DNA of 64,000 nucleotides, taken from positions 43,026 to 107,025 of the IMG/VR virus record IMGVR_UViG_3300036945_000814; one strand, given 5' to 3'. Below are positions 1 through 7,992 of the stretch, one piece after another; within the stretch, counting starts at the first letter, position 1; the number at the start of each line of letters is the position of its first letter. The notes below the pieces were generated by a model. The model was given only the letters and a program-made list of their open reading frames with translations, did no database searches and was not told the origin of the DNA. The position numbers and the translations under genes are program-made. The stretch comes from a virus.

Positions 1-3000
1 CCGGTCCCGGCGGAGGCGGGCCGGGCGCGCGCACCGCGGACGAGCACAAGCAGCAGGCGGCGGCCACGGACGCTGTCGCCGACAAGCACGAGGCGGCCGG
101 AAACACCAAGCTGGCGACGGTGTACCGCACCGCCGCTGACGCATCACGCAAGGCAGCGGCCTCGGCCCCGGCGAAGCCCGGCGCGGCGCCTGCGGCGCAC
201 GATGACGACGTGTTCGCACCGATGGGATCGGCCACGAAGTCTCTGTCGGCGGTGTGGGATCGGTTGTCCGCGTGGCACCCGTCGCCCATGTGGGCGGGCG
301 AGGACATCGGCATGAGCTTCGGCCACCTTCTGAGCAAGGCGATGGGCGTCGAGCAGGCCGGGCACAAGTACATCAAGCGCACAGCCAAGGCCGGCGGCGG
401 GTACGACTACGTCTACGCCGACGAGCCCCACAGCAAGGAAACGCTCAAGGGTGCGCCCATCGGGTCGACCTTGACGGCGCTGCACAATGGATCGTCGGCG
501 ACGTACACGAAGAAGGGCAAGGACGACTGGCACGGCGCCACCGGCGGCCCGATCTCGTCGGGATGGTTCGTGGGCAAGCCCGGAATGCTCACGCACGGCC
601 CCGCACACCCCGAGCCCGTCCACGCGCCGGCGCCGGCGCCCGTCGCAGCTCCGCCGGCACCGAAGCCCACGGCCTCGAAGCCTGCCGGCAAGCCCGTGCA
701 GGGCAGCCTGTTTGACATGCTGACGGCGCCCGCCCCGGCGGCCGAGCGCCCCAACAACTTCGAGACGATGCCCGACAAGCCGGCGGCGTCACCGATGGCG
801 GAGGCCGTGAAGGAAGCCGAGAAGCAGCCGGCGACGTTCGAGGTGCAGGCCGCTGCGGCCATCGACGACGCGAACGCCGCCGACGACCGCGGCGACGAGG
901 CCGCCCACCGCGAAGCAAGCAAGCGCCTCGCCGAGATCCGATCTGCGGCCGCCGAGGCCGAAAAGCCCGCAGCGCCCGAGCGCGACCGCCCCAACAACTT
1001 CGTCACCATGCCGGATCCCGAGCCCGGCGAGGCCAAGCCGAAGGCGCCGTCGGCCGCCGAGAAGACGAAGCGCGAGAAGTTCGAGGAAGCCAAGGCCAAG
1101 GCCGGCGCAGCCTCACCGATGGCCGAAGCGACGAAGGAAGCCACCAAGCAGCCCGCCGACGTGAGCGGCGCGTGGAAGCTCACCTACGACGCGGAGGCGG
1201 AAGACGCGGAAGAGGCCAAGATCAGCGAGCGCCACGCGAAGTTTCTGGAGGACAAGAAGAAGGCCCTCGCCGTCGCCGAACGCGCTCAAAAGAGCGCGCA
1301 GCACAGCATCGACTACGACAAAGAGCACTTCAAGATGAAGCGCGACGGCGTGCCGTGGGCCGCGAAGCCGACGCAGCTCAAGTCGCTGCAACTGCGCACC
1401 GCAGAGCTGGCGCACGCCAAGATGGATCTTGAGTACTCCACGCAGCGTTTTGCAGGCGCCGCCAAAGAGCGAGCGGAGCAGCGCGCCACCCGCAAGGCCG
1501 CCGCGGAGCGCCATGTGCGTGAAGCCCCGGAGCGCACGAAGGTCGCAGCCGCGGCCCGCGAGCGCATCGCCGCCGAAGAGGCACGCCAGAAGGCGGCCCG
1601 GCTCGTGATGACCGAGTCGACGAAGACCTCCCGCCAGCGCGAGCGCGAGACGGGTGAGCACATCGCCGCTTCGGCAAAGGACCGCTCAGACGAACGTCGC
1701 ATGATCACGACGGGCGACCTTGGATCGATGACGTTCTCCGACGCGCACCGTCTCGTGAACAAGCGGAACGCGATGCCGGTCTACGGCGCCGACGAGTTCC
1801 AAGCCAAGGGCGCGAGCCCCGGCGCGGCCCACATGGGCCTCGCGCTGGCGAACCTCATCGCGCCGTCGCCGCCCGAGGACAGTGACGACGCCCGCCGCCG
1901 GTACCTTGAGGGCATCCGCCTCGTGCATGGCGTGCTGGACAGCGCGAACACCGTCGCCGACTACGCCGAGGCGCGCAAAGAGCTTGCGGCCATGCACAGC
2001 GGCGACAACGTCCCGAAGACGGAGATCCATTCAGCCGTCAAAAAGACGGCTGACGAAAAGGCGGCTGACGTCAGAAAATACCAAGCGGACTACCGCGCTT
2101 GGCAGTCCTCCCACAGCGGCACTCGCCCCGAGTCGCCGCAGGACTATCACGGCATCACCACCTACCCCGGAAACTACATCCGCGAGGTGTTGACGCCCCG
2201 TGTGAAGGCGCAAGATCCAGACCTTGAGGTCGGCTACGAGTACGTCGATTCTGGCGGCGCCGGTGAGCGTCTGTCGTTCTTCACCTATTCCAAGTCGAGG
2301 AAAGAGGCGATGCGCAAGACCATCGACGCCCTCGGCAAGAGGTTCGTCGATCATGTGGTCGGCGACGGGAAGGTCTGGAACGACGCGAAGGCCAAGGCGC
2401 AGGAAGCCGAAGACATGGGCCTTGCCGGGTGGGATCACCTCGACAAGACCGACGAGGAAAAGGCACGAGCGCGGGAAGCCACCAAAGCCGAGAAGGCGAA
2501 GCTGGCGGAGAACGAGAGTGGCAGCGGCAAGGAAACCAAGCTCCGCTGGCGCCGGTCGATCTCGAAAAAGCCCGCCGTGATCGGCGCCAAGGTCACGATC
2601 ACAGACTCGGACCCCGAGCGGTTCCGCAAGACCTTCAACTTCCGTGGCGAGCAGCCCGGCGAGGCCATCCCCGACGCCGAGCTGAATCACCACCGCAAGT
2701 ACGCCGAAATGGCGTTCCACGACCTCGCCGACGTGCTCGGCATCGAGCCCCGGCAGGTGTCGATGAACGGTCGGCTCGCGATGGCGTTTGCCGCGCGCGG
2801 CAAGGGCGGAGCGATGGCCCACTATGAGCCGGCGGAAAAGGTCATCAACGTCACCCGGTTCGCAGGTGCCGGTACCGTCGCCCACGAGTGGGGGCACTTC
2901 ATGGACAACATCGTCGCCGAGCTGCACCGAGGTGGGTCCACCAAGAGCGCCGTGTACGCATCCGCGGGTGAGGGCGAGGGGATGCCGGCGGAGCTTGCCG

Positions 3001-3593
3001 CGGCCTACGCGAAGTTCAACGCCGCGCTGAAAGAGCCGAACCCCAAGACGATCGAACGCTTGAAGAAGGATCACGCCGACCTCGACAAAGAGTACGAGGA
3101 CACGCGGAAAATGCTGAGAGAACACCCCGCGAACACGAGGGCCGACAAGACACCCGAGCAGCGCAAGGCCGACGTGGACAGCTACAACGTGATCGTCAAG
3201 AACCTTGGGCACATTTCCACGCAGCAAAAGCTCATCCAAAACTTCCTGCGCAACCCGACGTCGGACTACATGCACGACGCCATCGGCCGCGACGGCGGAA
3301 GGCGCGGCAAGTATTGGTCGAACCCGCAGGAGCTTTTCGCCCGCGCCTTTGAGAGTCATGTGCAGCACAAGCTCGAAAGCCAAGGCCGGCGCAACAGCTA
3401 CCTCGTCGACGGCGCTGTCGGCCCCGGCAGCCCCTACCCGCAGGACGATGAGCTGTCGAAGATCCACGGCGCGATCGGTGGCATCATCACGGCCATTCAC
3501 GGCGCCAAGCTCTTCGAGAAGGCCCTCAAGGCGCTATCGTCTGTCCCGCTGACGGCGCGGCGGCGCGGCCCCAAGCTCGTGATCGCCGCTTAG
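1..3593 (+). CDS. Large polyvalent protein, 5'-truncated; low-complexity N-half, C-terminal zincin-like metallopeptidase (HEWGH) plus LPD1-like domain; probable capsid-internal/ejected protein
   Basis: The frame is open from nt 3 to the window edge upstream of the 120 call. Motifs: SMNGRLAMAFAARGKGGAMAHYEP...GAGTVAHEWGHFMD and YWSNPQELFARAFESHV, typical of phage/plasmid polyvalent proteins. Confidence 0.8.
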   Translation, partial: GPGGGGPGARTADEHKQQAAATDAVADKHEAAGNTKLATVYRTAADASRKAAASAPAKPGAAPAAHDDDVFAPMGSATKSLSAVWDRLSAWHPSPMWAGEDIGMSFGHLLSKAMGVEQAGHKYIKRTAKAGGGYDYVYADEPHSKETLKGAPIGSTLTALHNGSSATYTKKGKDDWHGATGGPISSGWFVGKPGMLTHGPAHPEPVHAPAPAPVAAPPAPKPTASKPAGKPVQGSLFDMLTAPAPAAERPNNFETMPDKPAASPMAEAVKEAEKQPATFEVQAAAAIDDANAADDRGDEAAHREASKRLAEIRSAAAEAEKPAAPERDRPNNFVTMPDPEPGEAKPKAPSAAEKTKREKFEEAKAKAGAASPMAEATKEATKQPADVSGAWKLTYDAEAEDAEEAKISERHAKFLEDKKKALAVAERAQKSAQHSIDYDKEHFKMKRDGVPWAAKPTQLKSLQLRTAELAHAKMDLEYSTQRFAGAAKERAEQRATRKAAAERHVREAPERTKVAAAARERIAAEEARQKAARLVMTESTKTSRQRERETGEHIAASAKDRSDERRMITTGDLGSMTFSDAHRLVNKRNAMPVYGADEFQAKGASPGAAHMGLALANLIAPSPPEDSDDARRRYLEGIRLVHGVLDSANTVADYAEARKELAAMHSGDNVPKTEIHSAVKKTADEKAADVRKYQADYRAWQSSHSGTRPESPQDYHGITTYPGNYIREVLTPRVKAQDPDLEVGYEYVDSGGAGERLSFFTYSKSRKEAMRKTIDALGKRFVDHVVGDGKVWNDAKAKAQEAEDMGLAGWDHLDKTDEEKARAREATKAEKAKLAENESGSGKETKLRWRRSISKKPAVIGAKVTITDSDPERFRKTFNFRGEQPGEAIPDAELNHHRKYAEMAFHDLADVLGIEPRQVSMNGRLAMAFAARGKGGAMAHYEPAEKVINVTRFAGAGTVAHEWGHFMDNIVAELHRGGSTKSAVYASAGEGEGMPAELAAAYAKFNAALKEPNPKTIERLKKDHADLDKEYEDTRKMLREHPANTRADKTPEQRKADVDSYNVIVKNLGHISTQQKLIQNFLRNPTSDYMHDAIGRDGGRRGKYWSNPQELFARAFESHVQHKLESQGRRNSYLVDGAVGPGSPYPQDDELSKIHGAIGGIITAIHGAKLFEKALKALSSVPLTARRRGPKLVIAA

Positions 3594-3595
3594 GC

Positions 3596-3640
3596 GTCTC
3601 ACGGTTGACACTACGAATGGAGCGCCTACAATGGTTCGCA
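3596..3640 (+). promoter_or_regulatory. Sigma70-type promoter, probably leaderless
   Basis: GTCTCA-CGG-TTGACA(3605-3610)-N16-TACAAT(3627-3632)-7 nt-ATG(3640); no SD before that ATG. Confidence 0.75.
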
Positions 3641-6600
3641 TGACCACACACGACACCATCGAAGACGCTTCCTTCGGTTTGCTGCTCAAGGCCGACATCG
3701 ACGACGCCCTCGACGATCTCGAAAAGGCTTTCGGGTCGGAGCGGGCCGGCCACAAGTACAGCTCCCGCCGACGCAACGCGAAAGGCGAGTGGGAGTACGA
3801 GTACGCCACCGACAAGACGAAGGCGCACGCGCAAATGGCGTTCACCTTCGCCGCGGCGCACGGCACCCCCGAGCAGCAGGATCGCGCCCTCGACGTGCTC
3901 AAGCGCGTCGAGCCGGACAGGTGGCCCGACCACGTCCACGCGGCCAACGTCGCGCACGAGGCCGCGGTCATCCACGCGGCGAACGTCGCCCACGAAGCGG
4001 CCGCCCGACCCCTGCCACCATCGCCAGCGCACGAGCACAGCCCCCCGGCCGCCGCCGCGCCCCCTGCCGTCGTGAGGTTCACGCAGGGCGAGCCCAAGCC
4101 CGCCGTCGCCGCGGCCCGTGCGCTGGATGCCTCCCGTGCGAGCCTGATCCGCGCTGGCATCGGCCTGCGCGCCAACGCAGAAGAGAAGACCCCTATCGAG
4201 GCCGTGGCCGGCCGCGCGGCCGCGCTTCGCAGCTCCGCCTCGTCGCTTTTCAATGAGTCGATCCGCATGGGCATCGTGAACGACGACCCGCGCACCGCGC
4301 GGAAGTTCACGGCCGAGGAACATCGGGCGCTGGCCGCCGCGCACACCGCCCTCTTCGACGAGTTCCGCGAGCTGTACGCGCGCTCGATGACGATGCGCAT
4401 TCGCCCGCCCTCCGGCATGACCGCCGCCGACGCCGATGCGCTCCGCTCCCAGCTCGAACGCGACTTCAAGGGGCACGCCAAGCTCGCTCAAGCCCACAAC
4501 GACGCCGCCAACGCGGCGTCGGGCAAGCCCGCACCCGCGGCCGCTGTGCCGCTCGTGGTCGCGCCTGTGGCGACTTCGGTCGCTCCGGCGCTGGACGCCG
4601 GCCCGGTGCAGCTCATGGACGCCGCCGCCCGCCTCATCGCCGAGCGTGCGAGCGGCGCGCCGCCGGCGTTCAAGGCCGTCGACAACAACCGCGTCACCAT
4701 CGGTGGCGTCAAGATGATCGTGCAGGGTGGCTTCCTCGGCGACGCTCCCGCGCACCGCGCGTGGGCGGAGACGGCCGGCACGTTCTCGGCCGACGCGCAG
4801 CACTTCGACGGCGGCCGGGCCTACCGCGTCGCCACCGAGGCGGAGCGTGTGGCCGCCGTGGCGATGATCCCGCGTCTCCGCGGCTCCGTGAACGTCAACG
4901 CGCCCGCACCGGCCCCTGCCCCGGCGCCCGTCGTCGCCGAGCCCGTGCGCCCCGTCGACGACTTCACCGGCGCGTTCAGGGCGCTGAGTGACGGCAGCGG
5001 CGCCGAAGAGATCGTGACGCTCCCGTCGGGATCCAAGATCGGGCTGTCCTACGTCAGCGGACAGGCCAAGGCGCGCCCCGTCGGAGGCGGCATCGGCCGC
5101 AAATGGGATGCGACCGCGACGAAGCGCGCCCTCGCCGCCTTCGAGGCCAAGGTCGCCGCCCTCGGCCCCGCGTGGCACGCCGCCCACAACGCCATGTACG
5201 GCGTCGCCGCCGCCCCGACGCCGCTCGTGGTGGCGCCCGTGGAGACGGCCGCGCCGAAGCGCAAGCGCGCCAACAACTTCGAGACGATGCCCGACGGCGA
5301 CAGGCCCAACAACTTCGACACGATGCCCGAGGAGATCAAAGACCCGTCGCCGCGCGCCACAAAGATCCGAGAAAACCGCGAAGCTCGCGAAGCCGAAGCC
5401 GCGTTGGAAGCCGGAGCCGAGCGACTGACGGGCGAAGAACGCCACGCCGCCCTGACCCGCATGGGCCAACACTTGCACGAGGTGCAGGACTTCCGGGCCG
5501 GCAAAGACGACACGGGCATGAGCGGCGCCGACATGCTGACGTGGCGCCGATCGACCACCGCACCCCGCAAGGCCAGCGTCCTCCGCAAGTACCGCCGCCA
5601 GCTCGTCGAGAGTTTCGGCGACCTCTACTTCAAGGCCGGGCTGCACGAGAAGGAGCCGATCCCCAAGGGGCACGTTCCTGCCGTCGGCGAATGGACCGAG
5701 CGCGGCGGGCTCGTCATCAAGGCCGACGGCTACCTCGGGACGAAGTTCAACGCATGGAAGAACCTGCTCAAAGAGCACGGCTTTCGCTGGAATGGATCAC
5801 GCGGCGACGAAAGCGCCGACGGGATGCACGCAGAGAAGGCGGCGCTGCTCGACATCCCCGGCTTCATCGAGGCGGCGAACAAGATCGGGATCCATGTCGA
5901 GATCCCCGAGAAGCCCGAGGTCGCCCTCGATGCGCCAGCGGCGGCCAACGAGCCCGAGGCGCCCCTGCCCACGCCCGAGCGGCCGTCGGCGGATCGCCCG
6001 ACGACCACCGAGGACACGCAGCGGGTCATCAACGCCATTCGCGCCAAGCAGGGCCAGCGCGGCACCGTCGCCGTCACCGTGAAGCCCGACGGCAAGTTTG
6101 CTTTCTACGCCGTCGACTACCGCAAGACCGAGGTGCCCGGCTCGTTCAACCACATCATGTCGAACAAGAACGGGCAGATCACCGGGCTCATGGAGGTCGA
6201 CTCCAAGGACGCTTTCTCGCGCACCACCTACGACGCCGCCCTCGTGACCGAGGCGCTTGGCAAGCTCCGCGACGCCAACCCGACCTTCCATTTCTACATC
6301 GACCCGAAGGCCGCCGCCGCCATCGACAAGGCCGGCGCCGACAAGGCCGCAGCCGAGAAGCCGATCCCAGAAGTCGAGGCCCTGCTTGCCGACGGCTTCG
6401 CGCTCAAGCCCTACCAGAACGCGATGGTGCGGTTCCTCGACAGCAACGACGGCAACGCCATCGTCGGCGACGAAATGGGCCTTGGCAAGACGCTGCAATC
6501 GCTCGCGTGGGTGGCGAAGAACAACAAGAAGGCCATCGTCGTCGTCCCCAAGGTCGTGCGCCGCACTTGGATCGAAGAGGCGCACAAGTTTTTCCCCGGA

Positions 6601-7962
6601 CACTTCAACGCGAAAGAGCTGCGATCCAAGGATCTGCTCACGAAGAAGAAGGCCAAGGCCGGCAAGGCCGACGCCGGCGGCCTCTCGTTCATCGACGAGC
6701 TGATGGCAACCGACAGCCCGATGGATCTCACGGGCAAGAACCTCGTGACGGTCAACTACGAGTCGCTTGAGAAGTTCATGCCCTACCTCAAGGCCGCCGG
6801 GTTCGACACGATCATCGTCGACGAATCGCACCGCGCGAAGAACCCGAAGGCGAAGACGACGCAGGTGATCCAAGCCATCGCGAAGACGATGAAGCATCGC
6901 ATCCTCATGTCCGGCACCGCGGTCAAGAACGGCAAGGATGAGCTTTTCACGCAGCTCGAAATGGTGAAGCCCGGCCTGTGGGGCTCGGCGAAGGAGATCA
7001 AGTTTTCCACGCATGGCGCTGCGTGGAACAAGATGCGGGACCACTACCTCGCGCGATCCAAGAAGAACGTGCTCAAGGATCTCCCCGAGAAGACGACCAC
7101 GATCAGCCTGCTCTACGCCCCCGGCGCGCCGGACATCGGCAAGATGAAAGAGCCGACGCCGCCACCGGCGAACGCCACCGCGAAGCAGATTGCGGCCTAC
7201 GAAAAGGCCGCCGAAGAGTGGGAATCGTGGATGGAAGGGGCCGCCGACGGCGACGGCATCAACGAGGACATCGGCGATCTCATGGACGGCGGGTCGTCGA
7301 TCGGCGAGTACAGCCGCGTCCGCGGCCAGCTCGCGCTGGCGAAGGTCGACGGCACCGTCGACATGGTGCAGGAGATCCTTGATAGCTCCGACAGCAAGGT
7401 GCTCGTGTTCACCGAGTCGGTTGCCGCGGCGAAAGCCATCGCCGAAAAGCTCGGCAGCGAGGCGATCCTGCACTACGGGCAGCAGAGCGACGACAAGCGC
7501 GAAGACGCGAAGAAGGAGTTTCAGCGCGAGGGATCCCCCAAGCGCGTGTTCGTCTCGACCCGCCCGTCGCTGGCCGTCGGCGCCACGCTCACGGCCGCCG
7601 ACAAGGTCGTGTTCAACGACCTCCCGTGGACGGCCGCCGACGTGCGCCAAGCCGAGGACCGCGCGCACCGCGTGGGCCAGAAGAACGCCGTCAACGTCTA
7701 CTGGAACGTCGCCGAGGACAACAAGTTCGACGAGAACGTCTCCGCCATCCTCCGCCGGAAGTACGACCTCTCGAAGAAGATCAACGAGGGGCAGCAGCTT
7801 TCGCCCGAAGAAAAGGCGTGGATGAGCAAGCCCGTCACCATGCGCGAAGTCATGGATCGCATCAAGGGCAAGCCCTCCGGCCCGCCCGAGCCCAAGATCG
7901 AAAAGAGCGCCAAGGCGCAGCTCCGCGACATGACCCGCGCGCTGATCAAAGCGGCAAGCTAG
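3640..7962 (+). CDS. Polyvalent protein with C-terminal SNF2/SMARCAL1-like SF2 ATPase
   Basis: LKPYQ, GDEMGLGKT (Walker A), IIVDESH (DExH), MSGT, QAEDRAHRVGQ at ~6400-7780; long Ala/Pro-rich N-terminal part. Start moved from 3631 to 3640 on promoter spacing. Confidence 0.85.
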   Translation: MTTHDTIEDASFGLLLKADIDDALDDLEKAFGSERAGHKYSSRRRNAKGEWEYEYATDKTKAHAQMAFTFAAAHGTPEQQDRALDVLKRVEPDRWPDHVHAANVAHEAAVIHAANVAHEAAARPLPPSPAHEHSPPAAAAPPAVVRFTQGEPKPAVAAARALDASRASLIRAGIGLRANAEEKTPIEAVAGRAAALRSSASSLFNESIRMGIVNDDPRTARKFTAEEHRALAAAHTALFDEFRELYARSMTMRIRPPSGMTAADADALRSQLERDFKGHAKLAQAHNDAANAASGKPAPAAAVPLVVAPVATSVAPALDAGPVQLMDAAARLIAERASGAPPAFKAVDNNRVTIGGVKMIVQGGFLGDAPAHRAWAETAGTFSADAQHFDGGRAYRVATEAERVAAVAMIPRLRGSVNVNAPAPAPAPAPVVAEPVRPVDDFTGAFRALSDGSGAEEIVTLPSGSKIGLSYVSGQAKARPVGGGIGRKWDATATKRALAAFEAKVAALGPAWHAAHNAMYGVAAAPTPLVVAPVETAAPKRKRANNFETMPDGDRPNNFDTMPEEIKDPSPRATKIRENREAREAEAALEAGAERLTGEERHAALTRMGQHLHEVQDFRAGKDDTGMSGADMLTWRRSTTAPRKASVLRKYRRQLVESFGDLYFKAGLHEKEPIPKGHVPAVGEWTERGGLVIKADGYLGTKFNAWKNLLKEHGFRWNGSRGDESADGMHAEKAALLDIPGFIEAANKIGIHVEIPEKPEVALDAPAAANEPEAPLPTPERPSADRPTTTEDTQRVINAIRAKQGQRGTVAVTVKPDGKFAFYAVDYRKTEVPGSFNHIMSNKNGQITGLMEVDSKDAFSRTTYDAALVTEALGKLRDANPTFHFYIDPKAAAAIDKAGADKAAAEKPIPEVEALLADGFALKPYQNAMVRFLDSNDGNAIVGDEMGLGKTLQSLAWVAKNNKKAIVVVPKVVRRTWIEEAHKFFPGHFNAKELRSKDLLTKKKAKAGKADAGGLSFIDELMATDSPMDLTGKNLVTVNYESLEKFMPYLKAAGFDTIIVDESHRAKNPKAKTTQVIQAIAKTMKHRILMSGTAVKNGKDELFTQLEMVKPGLWGSAKEIKFSTHGAAWNKMRDHYLARSKKNVLKDLPEKTTTISLLYAPGAPDIGKMKEPTPPPANATAKQIAAYEKAAEEWESWMEGAADGDGINEDIGDLMDGGSSIGEYSRVRGQLALAKVDGTVDMVQEILDSSDSKVLVFTESVAAAKAIAEKLGSEAILHYGQQSDDKREDAKKEFQREGSPKRVFVSTRPSLAVGATLTAADKVVFNDLPWTAADVRQAEDRAHRVGQKNAVNVYWNVAEDNKFDENVSAILRRKYDLSKKINEGQQLSPEEKAWMSKPVTMREVMDRIKGKPSGPPEPKIEKSAKAQLRDMTRALIKAAS

Positions 7963-7992
7963 AGTAGATCCGTTCACCCCCGAGGACCGCCC

